A DNA stretch of 64,000 nt. It comes from Nitrosopumilus sp. GTDB taxonomy: Archaea; Thermoproteota; Nitrososphaeria; Nitrososphaerales; Nitrosopumilaceae. The notes under the pieces were generated by a model, which worked only from the letters and a program-made list of their open reading frames with translations, did not search any database and was not told the DNA's origin. Shown here piece by piece: positions 18,620-28,435 of this stretch. How positions within the stretch are numbered: position 1 is the first letter of the stretch; every line of letters begins with the position of its first letter. The translations under genes and the position numbers were made by a program. Location of the stretch: positions 480,001-544,000 of the forward strand of contig CBDBLO010000002.1 in the NCBI GenBank assembly GCA_965207075.1. Direction: 5' to 3'.

Positions 18620-19516
18620 ATGCGCAGACAGGTTGCGTCGTCGGGATACCGTCCGAGGCCGTTTGTAAAGTGGGCCGGCGGCAAGCGCCAGATATTGCCC
18701 GCGGTGAGCGGCGGCATGCCGGAGTCGTTTGGCGGGTACTTTGAGCCCTTTCTGGGAGGAGGCGCCCTGTTCTTCCATGTTGCGCCGGCAGGCTCAAAGG
18801 GCGGCAAGGACAGCCGCGACGGCGCGCATCCATTCCACATATCAGACCTGAATCGGGAGCTTGTCTTGGCATATCAGATGATCCGCGACCGTCCTGAGGA
18901 TCTCCTGCGCGCGCTACGCGACCACGAGGCCGGCTACAGGGCGGACCCCGAGTCGTACTATTACAGCGTACGTGACGGCTATGACCCTGGCAGCGCCGGC
19001 GACATCGATACTGCGTCCAGGCTGATATTCCTGAACAAGACGTGCTTTAACGGACTGTACCGCGTCAACAGCCGCGGAAAATTCAACGTGCCGCTTGGCC
19101 GGTATGCAAACCCGACCATAGCCGACGAGCAGAACATACTTGCCGTAAGCGAGATACTGAACCTGAGCAACGTCCACGTATCGTGCGAGGACTTTGGGGC
19201 CGTGGCGCGCAAGGCGCGCAGGGGGGACTTTGTGTACTTTGATCCGCCGTACATGCCGGTCAGCAGGACTGCCAGCTTTACCAGGTACACGTGCGGTGAC
19301 TTTGGGATTGAGGACCAACGGAGGCTGGCCGATCTGTGCGTCACGCTTGACGAGATGGGATGCCACGTGCTGCTGTCAAACTCGGACTCTGGCGTCATAA
19401 GCGAGATGTTTGCAAGGGATGAGTGGACCGTAGAGCGCGTCAGCGCAAGCCGCTGCATCAACTCGGATTCTGGTAGGCGCCTCGGGCATACCGAGCTGCT
19501 GATTAGAAACTATTGA
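18620..19516 (+). CDS. dam: Dam-family (D12 class) N6-adenine DNA methyltransferase with no adjacent endonuclease
   Basis: KWAGGK, EPFLGGGA, FNGLYRVN, YFDPPY and ELLIRNY. Start placed at ATG 18620. Confidence 0.92.
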   Translation: MRRQVASSGYRPRPFVKWAGGKRQILPAVSGGMPESFGGYFEPFLGGGALFFHVAPAGSKGGKDSRDGAHPFHISDLNRELVLAYQMIRDRPEDLLRALRDHEAGYRADPESYYYSVRDGYDPGSAGDIDTASRLIFLNKTCFNGLYRVNSRGKFNVPLGRYANPTIADEQNILAVSEILNLSNVHVSCEDFGAVARKARRGDFVYFDPPYMPVSRTASFTRYTCGDFGIEDQRRLADLCVTLDEMGCHVLLSNSDSGVISEMFARDEWTVERVSASRCINSDSGRRLGHTELLIRNY

Positions 19517-19635
19517 CGCCTTGGCGGGCTGACCGCCTTGTCGCCCGGCTGCCCGCATGCGGTTTTCCAGATGGTGGCAGCTGCAGTCTGTCGCGGCCGG
19601 GGCATGGCGCGGAGCTGTGATTGTGGTAATAATAA

Positions 19636-19712
19636 TGGAGCTTCGAACGGGATCCGGACCCGCGACCTTTACCTTACCAAGGTAACGCTCTACCAGGCTG
19701 AGCTATCGAAGC
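19636..19712 (-). tRNA. tRNA-Thr(GGT), intronless, CCA encoded
   Basis: GCTTCGA/TCGAAGC acceptor stem, D arm AGCTCAGCCTGGTAGAGC, anticodon arm TTACC-TTGGTAA-GGTAA, T arm GCGGG-TCCGGAT-CCCGT. Confidence 0.95.
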
Positions 19713-19997
19713 ACGTCTCATGCGCGGTATAAATCCTTATAATTCTATTCTGATACCCGCGGCCGCGAACCGCGGGGCGTCTGGAGCACGCCACTGGAAA
19801 GGCCGGCTCGTGCCATCTGGAACCGATCGTGCACCCGTGGCTCCCTCGAGTCTGGCCGCCTTGTGCCGGTTGGCTGCGCAGCCTATGCATGGCCGCCTCA
19901 CCCCTCTGGCGGATCGCAGCAAGCACACGCAGTGTGGGAAAGCTCCGTGCCCCTCCTATGAGCCAAGCTATTTAACACAAAGGGGCGGAGTCGCCGC

Positions 19998-20663
19998 GTG
20001 AGCGTCGTAATAGGCCAGAGGGCCCCGAACTTCGAGGTCTCTGAATGGGTGCAGGGCATGCCCACCAACTTCGACCAAGAAAATGACCACATCGTGCTGC
20101 TCGAGGTCTTCCAGGTGAACTGCCCGGGGTGCTTTATGCACGCCATACCCGAGGCAATCCAGGTATATCACAAGTATGCCGACGAAGGGGTCAGGGTCGT
20201 AGGGCTTGCAACGGCCTTTGAGGACTTTGAGCTGAACACGGTGGAGAACCTGAGGATGCTTGCCGAGACAGGAGAGGTGGTGGGCGAGACCAAAAGGATG
20301 CTTGCGGCATATGGGCAGCTTGCAGAAGGCTCCCGGTACAGGCACAAGATACCCTTTCCGCTTGCCATGGACAAACTCACAAGGATGGAGGGCGAGGTGG
20401 GACAGGATCAGATCATGCAGATCATCCGCCCGCAGGTTCCAGACTTTGAGTCGCAGTCACCAGAGTATCAGCAGCAGATCATACAGAGGGTCAGGGACTA
20501 TCTAAAGACAAAGGAGTATTCTGCAGAGACGTTTGAAAAGTTTGGACTGCGCGGGACGCCGTCGACCATACTGGTGGACCGGGATGGAGTGCTCCGCCAC
20601 GTCTCATTTGGGCAGTCAGGGCACCTCGACGGACTGATCAGGGGACTGCTTGACAAGGACTAG
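19998..20663 (+). CDS. Redoxin/AhpC-TSA (TlpA-like) thiol oxidoreductase
   Basis: FQVNCPGC CxxC motif, GLATAFED and GTPSTILVDRDG. Confidence 0.88.
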   Translation: MSVVIGQRAPNFEVSEWVQGMPTNFDQENDHIVLLEVFQVNCPGCFMHAIPEAIQVYHKYADEGVRVVGLATAFEDFELNTVENLRMLAETGEVVGETKRMLAAYGQLAEGSRYRHKIPFPLAMDKLTRMEGEVGQDQIMQIIRPQVPDFESQSPEYQQQIIQRVRDYLKTKEYSAETFEKFGLRGTPSTILVDRDGVLRHVSFGQSGHLDGLIRGLLDKD

Positions 20664-20782
20664 GTCGCCATTAGAAAGAGGAAGACGGACAGGGCCGCCA
20701 CTATTGCAAACCCCCCGATCAGCGCAACCTTGGCAGGATCCATTGCTTGTCACCTGCGTGCGCGCCGCCCAATAAAACGCCT

Positions 20783-21865
20783 CTACTCGGCTCCGCGTGT
20801 CCGGCGCACGGCAGGGGCCGCCGCGTGCGACGTGCGGGATGACAAGCAAGACTGCAAGCGGGCGAGGACGACGGCAGGAACAGCCGCATAGATGCCGATG
20901 TTGAGCAGTATCAGGAGAGAACCGTACGCCAGCACCTGCACCTCGGAGCCCGCCTCGGCATGGCTCATGATCTCAAGTGAGAGTAGCATGGGGGTTAGAA
21001 GCACCCTGACCGCACCCATAAGGGACGGGTTCTCGCGCATGTAGTCTGCGACGTGCGGGCTGAACGAATAGTACGCAGAGTTAAAGGCGTCCATAAATGC
21101 GCGGCCGGATTCGGTGCTGGAGACCTTTGAGTCCCTAACCTCCCGCAAAAGCTGCACACGATGGTCAAGTTCGGAGCCAAAGGCCGCGGTTGCAACGAGG
21201 CAGCCTCCACCATTGTCGTGGCTGACATCCCCGGTACTGCCGCCGCCGCCCACGTCGCCATCGCTGTTCCCGCCGCCCTGCCCGTCTGGCGGCAGAACGC
21301 CGGCAGTCTCTGACACCGATGTCTTGGTGCCCGTAATCTCGATCGTGCGCCCTGCCCTGTCGGCGCCGTCCTTGACATCGCCGCCGCCCCCTTCAAACAC
21401 CAATACCAGGAGCGAGATCGTATCAGTCGACCTGACTTGAGTATCGACCGGCAGGCCATCTACGCTTGCCCCGAGATGTCCGGACAAAAGCCCCGCGGGC
21501 ATTACGATCTCCGCAATGCTTTCAGAGAGTACGGCCCCCGTCTGCAGCACCAGCTTCTTGTCGGCCGCGGCAAACTCGTAGCCCACAATGTCAAAGTTCG
21601 ACGTTATGACGACCTCAAAGGTCTGGCCCCCCGCGGCGGCAATCTCGATGCGGTTCACCAGCCCCGTACTGTCCGAGAGCAGCTGCGCGTCAGACACGCC
21701 GGGGGCGCTCAGAGCGAGTGCCGCCGCAAGCAGCGCGGGCAGAAGCATCCACACAAACGTGCCGCAGGAATGCCGGCGAGTCACGCCGGAAAGACGGGCC
21801 TTTGCGCACGCGGCGATCAGTGGCAAGCGCACAAAACCCCGATTGGACGTCCGCATGCCAATCAT
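20783..21865 (-). CDS. Secreted/surface protein with a CFI-box-CTERM domain
   Basis: GGGCLVATAAFGSE...LLREVRD...FNSAYYSFSP followed by a C-terminal TM helix. The start may be 21748. Confidence 0.85.
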   Translation of the reverse strand: MIGMRTSNRGFVRLPLIAACAKARLSGVTRRHSCGTFVWMLLPALLAAALALSAPGVSDAQLLSDSTGLVNRIEIAAAGGQTFEVVITSNFDIVGYEFAAADKKLVLQTGAVLSESIAEIVMPAGLLSGHLGASVDGLPVDTQVRSTDTISLLVLVFEGGGGDVKDGADRAGRTIEITGTKTSVSETAGVLPPDGQGGGNSDGDVGGGGSTGDVSHDNGGGCLVATAAFGSELDHRVQLLREVRDSKVSSTESGRAFMDAFNSAYYSFSPHVADYMRENPSLMGAVRVLLTPMLLSLEIMSHAEAGSEVQVLAYGSLLILLNIGIYAAVPAVVLARLQSCLSSRTSHAAAPAVRRTRGAE

Positions 21866-22317
21866 GCGGCCGCCGGTACTCTACGGTTCAACTCTTTGTC
21901 ACCCATGATCCGCGGGTGCATGGGATCGGCCAGGATCATCTCGAACCAGTAGTGTATGCCGTCCTTGTAGATGAAGTACGAGCCGAGAAGACTCATGTTC
22001 GGATACCGCTCAAGCACCCTGCGCTCTGCTACGGTCTTCATGCTGTCGTCTGCCTTTATCCGGGTCACGCCAAGGTGCTTTGGCCTTCGGCCGCCCCTCG
22101 GCCTCTGCTTGCGCATGCCGCCCGTCCCGACCCTCATGCGCACCGTAATGATGCCCTGTTTTGCCTTGTACCCGAGCCTCCGCGCCCTCTCGGGGCGACT
22201 GGGCTTTTCAATGCGCGTGATTGCGTTCTGCTTGCGCCACAGCACGACGCGCTGGCGAAGTTCCGGCGCGTTCTCACGCCAGAGGCGTATCCACGTTCTA
22301 TCCTGATATGAGGGCAT
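21862..22317 (-). CDS. rpl15e: 50S ribosomal protein L15e
   Basis: RIEKPSRPERARRLGYKAKQG...LLGSY...WFEMILADP. Start placed at ATG 22317. Confidence 0.97.
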   Translation of the reverse strand: MPSYQDRTWIRLWRENAPELRQRVVLWRKQNAITRIEKPSRPERARRLGYKAKQGIITVRMRVGTGGMRKQRPRGGRRPKHLGVTRIKADDSMKTVAERRVLERYPNMSLLGSYFIYKDGIHYWFEMILADPMHPRIMGDKELNRRVPAAA

Positions 22318-22782
22318 GTCGTGCGTGCCAGACATCCCTTTAATAATTGATCTCAGAGGCGGACGTGTAGACTCGTGTCCCCTGTCTGTAAAGCCTGAGG
22401 TGCGGTGTGGCTGGCATGGTGTTCGGTGGACGGGTCCGTGTACAGGTGCCGTTGCCAGGCAAGTCCGCCTTCCCTGATTGTAAGGTCGGGCGCAAAAGTT
22501 TGGGGGCAACGTCCTAGGCGATCCTCGTCGATCGCGCCAATTCGCACGCTGCTGTCTTGGTGCCCAAAGAAGAGTTCTAGCAGGGCTGGGCTGGAAGGCG
22601 CTGCGAGCGCAGACATGTGAGCGCCACCGCCGTGTATGTGAAGCGCCTGCCTCCAACTTGCCCGCATTGGTCCGGGGGGGGGGGTGGGAATGGGTGGGTG
22701 GCCGGGACGATGGGCGTGCGCGCCGCTCAGGTCAGAGCCGGACTCAATCAGATTTAATTGAGGTTTCAGGCGGGCCCACCAC

Positions 22783-23586
22783 ATGAAACCGGGCGCAGAA
22801 ACCCGCAATCACGGTCTCGCCCACGTGCGTGCAGCGTCACATTCTGCACGCGTACGGGCCGCCGCCGTTATTGTAGTGGCAGTGGCTGCGGCAGTAGTGG
22901 TTGGAACTATGCCGGCCTCGTTTGCGCAGACGATCCCCCCAGAAGAGGGGCCCGACATCGCCATATCCATGGGAAAGCCGGCATACCAGTACTGTGATAT
23001 GCTCTCGTATGTCATATCGGTCTCAGAGGTCACGGGCCAGGCGGCCACGTCGTACATTATCGACGAGGATGGGAAGAGCAGCCAGGCGATCCCGATCTCC
23101 ATAAGCATGCAGGAAACCGAGATAAGGGCGCCGTTCCCGTTTGAGAGGGCAATATTTCCGGCCGGCACGTACACCATAAGCATAGAGTACTCGGGCGCCC
23201 GCGCGTCCGCGGACTTTAAGTTGGTGGACTCGGAGATCACCTGTCTTCCAAGCCAGCTCCGGCAGATCACCGCCGCATGGCTGTCCGGAACGTTCCATGA
23301 CGGATTTCTGATCGACTCGATAAAAAAATCCGTGGACAGCAGCGTAATCGACGTGCCGTTTGAGATCGAGCGCGACACCATATACAGCATCATGATACCC
23401 GAGTGGGTAAAGACGGCGGCGTACTGGTGGGTGACTGGCGAGATATCCGACGACACAATGGCGGGAATGCTGGACTATCTGCTAGAATCCGGTACGATAT
23501 CCATGCAGGCAGAGTATGATGATGATGATGATGGAAGAGGGGTGTCAGACGAAGGCCAGTCCGAGCACGGGGGCAGCGAGACCTGA
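22783..23586 (+). CDS. Secreted thaumarchaeal protein with a C-terminal IP.W.K..A.WW..G.ISD motif
   Basis: Signal peptide (ASFA-Q), an Ig-like region and IPEWVKTAAYWWVTGEISDD. Confidence 0.75.
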   Translation: MKPGAETRNHGLAHVRAASHSARVRAAAVIVVAVAAAVVVGTMPASFAQTIPPEEGPDIAISMGKPAYQYCDMLSYVISVSEVTGQAATSYIIDEDGKSSQAIPISISMQETEIRAPFPFERAIFPAGTYTISIEYSGARASADFKLVDSEITCLPSQLRQITAAWLSGTFHDGFLIDSIKKSVDSSVIDVPFEIERDTIYSIMIPEWVKTAAYWWVTGEISDDTMAGMLDYLLESGTISMQAEYDDDDDGRGVSDEGQSEHGGSET

Positions 23587-23597
23587 CGGTGGGTGCG

Positions 23598-24113
23598 ATG
23601 GACAAGCATGCCATAATCACCGCGGTGGCGATCGCCGTCATTGCAGCTCCGTTTGCAGTGTCAGCTGCAAACATTGTTGGCGCAGAGCAGATGCAGTACC
23701 GGTGGGACTCGCCAGGAATGTTCTCGTTTTTCAAGATGGCGACTGGCGGGAGCCTGGAGTTCTGCAATACCTTGCCGTTTTGGACAAGCATTGAACGACT
23801 CGAGGTTACGGCATACTATCAGGGGAAGGACATCGGCACATACACCGTGGGGCCCGTCAGTATGGACCCGCTTGCATCCGACGTGTACGAGGGCACGTTC
23901 AGATCAGAGCAGGTGGCCAGCTCGCATCAGATGTTCATGGCAGTAGACTTTGGGATCAGTAACGGGGAATTTAGGGTCGACCCCGGGCAGATTGTACTCA
24001 CAACCCAGACATATACGCCCATACTGGGGCTGATTCCATACCACGCCACCTCGCAGATGTCGGCGCTCGAGTTTGACCGTGCCATGAGGGCGGCCGATCT
24101 GGCCTGCGATTAG
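23598..24113 (+). CDS. Conserved thaumarchaeal membrane-anchored hypothetical protein
   Basis: MDKHAIITAVAIAVIAAPF N-terminal TM, then LEFCNTLPF...ILGLIPY. Confidence 0.7.
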   Translation: MDKHAIITAVAIAVIAAPFAVSAANIVGAEQMQYRWDSPGMFSFFKMATGGSLEFCNTLPFWTSIERLEVTAYYQGKDIGTYTVGPVSMDPLASDVYEGTFRSEQVASSHQMFMAVDFGISNGEFRVDPGQIVLTTQTYTPILGLIPYHATSQMSALEFDRAMRAADLACD

Positions 24114-25153
24114 CGCTTGCGCCTGTTTGCCCGGTATATGAGGGCCAGTATCACTCCGATGATTCCTGCAGCCAGAAATCCGCCGGCCGTGCCGAATACC
24201 AAGTCTCTGTATGTCGGGCCGCTGACGTCTGCACGCGCGTCGCTGTCGCCGTTCTGGGGCGCAAGCGTGGTGTCAGACTCCGACTCCTGCTCTGTGTCAG
24301 ACTCCGACGTCCCCTCAAGCATGCACACGCCATCCACCAACACGGTTCCAGGCCCGCATACGGTGGAGGGTTCGCCGGACTCCGGCCCGTCCTCCGGCGC
24401 TCCCTCAAGCATGCACACGCCATCCACCAACACGGTTCCAGGCCCGCATACGGTGGAGGGTTCGCCGGACTCCGGCCCGTCCTCCGCCGCCTGTGGCGGC
24501 ACTTCGCCTGGCGTATCGGCCCCGTCCGGCACTTCGCCTGCCTCAGACGGCATGCTGCCGGTCACGTCGCTGTCGCCGCTGCCATCATCCACGGCAACGT
24601 CACCTGTGACATCCTCCGGAGAATCCGTCACCTGGTCCGGCGCGGTACTGTCGCCGCCTATAGCCTCGTCACCGGGCGCGCCTGCATCGGCCACGCCCGG
24701 ACTCGGATCCTGGGCCGTCGACGAATCGCCGTCTGGGACTGCATCCTCGGCCACGTCGCGGGCCGAGAGATAGATATCAATAGACTCAATCCCGACAGGC
24801 AGGTTAGTTATCGTCATGTTTCTCCCCGACATCTCAAAAGAGTCGTGCAGCCCCACGTCCGTGATTACGTCAAGCTGGTAGCCGTCAGGATCAAACACCG
24901 GATCAAACAGGGGGTCTGCAAGGAATATGGTCAGCGCGCGATCCCCCGCGTCATCCGTAAACTCTATCGATATGGAGAGGAACGGGAAATCCAACAGCTC
25001 GGCGCCCGTGACGTCCAGCCCGGATGATTCGTACTCGAGCACCTCGGGGCCCACGTCGGACATGTCAGAGCGTGCATCGGACAGGTCCACGGCCTGTGCG
25101 TATGCGGAAGAAGAGGCGGCCAGTAACAACACGACTGCGGCGCACGCCAGCAT
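24110..25153 (-). CDS. Acidic surface protein with two CGPGTVLVDGVC repeats and a C-terminal TM anchor
   Basis: Signal peptide (SAYA-Q), a D/E/S/G/P-rich stalk, two Cys-pair repeats, then a TM helix and RRKR tail. The start is uncertain. Confidence 0.75.
   Translation of the reverse strand: MLACAAVVLLLAASSSAYAQAVDLSDARSDMSDVGPEVLEYESSGLDVTGAELLDFPFLSISIEFTDDAGDRALTIFLADPLFDPVFDPDGYQLDVITDVGLHDSFEMSGRNMTITNLPVGIESIDIYLSARDVAEDAVPDGDSSTAQDPSPGVADAGAPGDEAIGGDSTAPDQVTDSPEDVTGDVAVDDGSGDSDVTGSMPSEAGEVPDGADTPGEVPPQAAEDGPESGEPSTVCGPGTVLVDGVCMLEGAPEDGPESGEPSTVCGPGTVLVDGVCMLEGTSESDTEQESESDTTLAPQNGDSDARADVSGPTYRDLVFGTAGGFLAAGIIGVILALIYRANRRKR
24312..24486. repeat. Intragenic tandem duplication, period 90 bp, about 85 bp identical
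   Basis: ATGCACACGCCATCC... occurs at 24321 and 24411. Confidence 0.95.
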
Positions 25154-25355
25154 GACGGCAGGCAGCGCACGCGTGTGCAGAGGTGGCAGCCTGCAAGGAA
25201 GCGCACGTGCACGACAATCCGCATGGCCCAATAGCGGTGAGGTGGCAAAGTTATTGTTAAAAGTATTGATTGCATGAAAGCTGGCGCGCCATGCCTCGAG
25301 CGGCACGACGCGCACGTCTGCATGTGTTGGCGTTGATGTAGTCACGACTGTGCCG

Positions 25356-26288
25356 TCATATGACGCCGCGCAATATCTGGACTATCTTCTCGCCCGTGAC
25401 GTTGGCCGCGAGCGACTGGGCCTCTTTTGTCTGGGCGCCTATGTGCGGGGTCATGACCACGTTGTCAAGCTCGGCAAGGCGGCTTCCTACCGCGGGCTCC
25501 TCCTCAAAGACGTCCAGCCCGGCCCCGCCCAGCGTCCCGGAGGACAGCGCCTCGTACAGCGCGTCCTCGTCTACCACGCCGCCCCTGGACGCGTTGATCA
25601 ACACTGCGGTATTCTTCATAGTCGACATCTTTTGCGCGTCAATCATGTGGCGCGTGGAGTCGAGCAGCGGCACGTGCAGCGACACATAATCGGAGCTCTT
25701 CAAGAGCGTGTCAAGATCGGCCTTTATCAGCCCGACCTCCTTTGCAAACTCCTCGTCTATCGGGATCACGTCGTACCCTATTATGTTCATGTTCAGGGCC
25801 CGGGCGAGCCTTCCAAGCCTCTTTCCAATGTTACCCAGCCCCACTATTCCCAGGTACTTGCCGCGCAGCTCGGTGCCCTTTAGCTCCTTTTTGAGCCATT
25901 TTCCGTCCCTGATGGCCCTGTCCGCACGGGCCGTATGGCGCGCGAGCGAGAGCATCATGCCCAGTACAAGTTCGGCAACTGCGTTCATGGCGCCCTCCAC
26001 AGCGTTTACCACGCGTATGCCCTTCTCCCTTGCCGCGTCCTGATCTATGTTGTCCAGTCCGACCCCCACCCGTGCTATTATCTTGCATCGAGACGCCCGC
26101 TCTATCATCTGCCGCGTTATTGTGGTGCGGCTCCTGACCACGACAATCTCAAAGTCCTGTATGCGCTCCAGAATCTGGTCCGGCCTTATCTCGGGCTCGT
26201 ACGAGACGCGCACGCCGTTGTCCCCGAGTATCTTCTGCAGTATGGGATCAACCTCGTCGCATATCAGCGCTCTTCCATCAAGTCCCAT
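25356..26288 (-). CDS. serA: D-3-phosphoglycerate dehydrogenase / D-2-hydroxyacid dehydrogenase
   Basis: VRSRT, RVGVGLDNID, GLGNIG, INASRGG and TPHIGAQT motifs. Confidence 0.9.
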   Translation of the reverse strand: MGLDGRALICDEVDPILQKILGDNGVRVSYEPEIRPDQILERIQDFEIVVVRSRTTITRQMIERASRCKIIARVGVGLDNIDQDAAREKGIRVVNAVEGAMNAVAELVLGMMLSLARHTARADRAIRDGKWLKKELKGTELRGKYLGIVGLGNIGKRLGRLARALNMNIIGYDVIPIDEEFAKEVGLIKADLDTLLKSSDYVSLHVPLLDSTRHMIDAQKMSTMKNTAVLINASRGGVVDEDALYEALSSGTLGGAGLDVFEEEPAVGSRLAELDNVVMTPHIGAQTKEAQSLAANVTGEKIVQILRGVI

Positions 26289-26429
26289 GCCGGCGCTGAG
26301 CATCTGCAAAATATAACTTGTATGCGTGCCGCGGGTCGGCGGCGCATGCAAGATCACACCGCGGGGGCGTGACCGGCGGCCACGGCTCCAAGTGTGACAC
26401 GCGCCGCGGGTCGGCGGCGCGCCGCCGCT

Positions 26430-26460
26430 GAAAAATAAAATAAAAATAAAATAAAAAGAG
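26430..26460 (-). terminator. U-rich terminator of nirK
   Basis: Minus strand has repeated T4-5A tracts right after the stop codon. Confidence 0.6.
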
Positions 26461-26467
26461 TGCTGTT

Positions 26468-27880
26468 TTAGGAAGTAAGTATCTCTGCCACCACTGGGAT
26501 TACCTCCCAGAGTGCGATATAGTCACCGGACTCCTGCATCTCTGCAGCCACTTCGTCGGTGTACAGACCGTGTATGTTGATGGCGGGGTGTGCAATGCTG
26601 TTCATTCCCATCGGGGGAACAGCGTCACTCGGGTTGCCCAGCGCGTACGCATAGGATGGAACAGGCTCTGGTAGGACTCCCTTCTCAACCAGAACCGGGT
26701 TCAGGTTGAACGGGTCGCCGGCCACGAATACTGTGGCGGCTCCTGAAAAGATTGCCGCATAGTCGTGGTTGACTGCTGCATATACACCCGGCTCGTCAAA
26801 CACGAGGTCAACGATCATGCCCTGAGAACCGCCAAGCAGCCATGTCTCGGTTGCTGCGGACTGGACCCTGTTGCCCTGTGTCACCCTGTCGAGAATCTCT
26901 CCCACTATGTGGAAGAAGACCGGCTCGTTGCCCTGGTTCTCTATGAACAGCCTTACGTGCTGATCGTTCTCTACGAAGAGAAGCTGTGACTGGTGCTGCT
27001 TTAGCTCGATGCCGTTCCAGGGTTGTGCAACAAAGATGTTCTTGTTTGTGTCACCGTTGACGAGCAGGTTGTGGGCCATGTTCGGAACGTATCCAAACTG
27101 GTACCCGTTTACAACCGTTCCCGTGTTCTGGTGCTTGAACATTGCGGCCTGATCAAAGTTGCCTTCCGGGGTCAGGTAGAGCTGGTTGTACTGGAGCTGG
27201 AACTCTAGCGCGTCTGCGTCATAGAACATGCGCTTGAGCTCGCCGCTGCCGCTGGTCTTCTCGACCATCAGCTTTTTGTAGCCGTTTGCAGGATCGACGA
27301 TTGCAATCCCATACATGCCTGAGAGCACGTGCTGGTCCATGGCCGCAAGCTTGACGCCAGAGCAGTGGTACTTGAACATACCTGCCGCTTCTGCAATAAA
27401 GCAGTACTGGCTTGTCTCACCCGGGTTTACGGACTCAAAGGCTCCCGCGGTTATCTGGGACGAGTGCATGTCGTTGCCGTGTGCAACCGGTTCGTCGTCG
27501 GGAATGGTCAGAGTCATCTTGATCACGTCGCCCTGCATGACCCTGATTGTGGGTCCAGGCACCATGCCGTTGAACGTCATGGCGTGGTACGTCTTGCCTC
27601 CCATTATGGGGAGCTCGACGCTCTCGGCGGTCAGATCAAAGTTGTGAACTGTCCTTCCTGATGTCTCCAATACGCCACAGTCAGTCTCTGCAAAGGCCTC
27701 CGGCATCATCAGCTTCAGTCCGCCCATCTGATGAATCTGCTCCATCACGTCGGCGTCCATCTGCGTGAGATCCAAAGACTGTCCAGAGATTTGGGTCTGC
27801 GTGTATGTACTTCCGAATAAGGTCGCGCCCATCACTGCCACTGCCGCGACAGTAAAGAGCATGCTGATACGCTTATTCAT
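26468..27880 (-). CDS. nirK: Archaeal copper-containing nitrite reductase (AnirK)
   Basis: HGNDMH, FKYHCSG...DQHVLSGM, FFHIVGE and VNHD copper-ligand motifs, with a typical AOA signal region. Confidence 0.95.
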   Translation of the reverse strand: MNKRISMLFTVAAVAVMGATLFGSTYTQTQISGQSLDLTQMDADVMEQIHQMGGLKLMMPEAFAETDCGVLETSGRTVHNFDLTAESVELPIMGGKTYHAMTFNGMVPGPTIRVMQGDVIKMTLTIPDDEPVAHGNDMHSSQITAGAFESVNPGETSQYCFIAEAAGMFKYHCSGVKLAAMDQHVLSGMYGIAIVDPANGYKKLMVEKTSGSGELKRMFYDADALEFQLQYNQLYLTPEGNFDQAAMFKHQNTGTVVNGYQFGYVPNMAHNLLVNGDTNKNIFVAQPWNGIELKQHQSQLLFVENDQHVRLFIENQGNEPVFFHIVGEILDRVTQGNRVQSAATETWLLGGSQGMIVDLVFDEPGVYAAVNHDYAAIFSGAATVFVAGDPFNLNPVLVEKGVLPEPVPSYAYALGNPSDAVPPMGMNSIAHPAINIHGLYTDEVAAEMQESGDYIALWEVIPVVAEILTS

Positions 27881-28435
27881 TGCCGGTTGGCTTATTTGAT
27901 AGAATATATACTAAACGTAGACGGGCTCGTGCGAATTGGTGACTTTTCCAAAACCAAGACGTGTTACCCACCCACCCACCCACCCACCCCCCCTCATGAT
28001 GTTGCAAAGTTGCATGCCAACCTGTTGGAACCGCCGGGTGAAACGGGACCGCAACACCCCGGCGGGGAACCGGACGGATGCTGATCTCAAGCCCTGCCCC
28101 GTACGTCATACGATATATTACGCAAAAAGCCAGTGGCACAGAAATCAAATCCTCCGGTCGGTTGCGATCAGGTACGGGCCTGGGTTCTGGATGATGGTTC
28201 TAGAACGCTGATACGCAGAGCCTGTCTTGAAAATTGCAAAGTGAAGGAATGGGCGATCTATGGATGCGCCCTGACGCCTTCGAGCAGCAAGTCTGCAGAC
28301 GACTGGCTGCGGTACGCGAGGGTGCTGGTTCGGGCGGCATGATGCGCGGGCGGCCCGCCGCTTCCTGCGGGCCCCCCGCGGGGTTTCGGCGCGTAAAGAG
28401 AAGTGAATATAGCGGGGCCCGTCCGCAGGCCACGT

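Noticed and set aside
18620-19516. Orphan Dam methylase next to amoA as a novel AMO regulator
   Set aside because: As I recall, this adjacency also occurs in Nitrosopumilus, and nothing in the sequence links the methylase functionally to amoA.
22340-22760. ORFs or a structured RNA upstream of rpl15e
   Set aside because: No recognisable protein motif or RNA family signature was found.
28025-28070. GC hairpin containing GGTGAAACGG, reminiscent of RNase P RNA
   Set aside because: The other universally conserved RNase P regions (both P4 strands) are not visible nearby.
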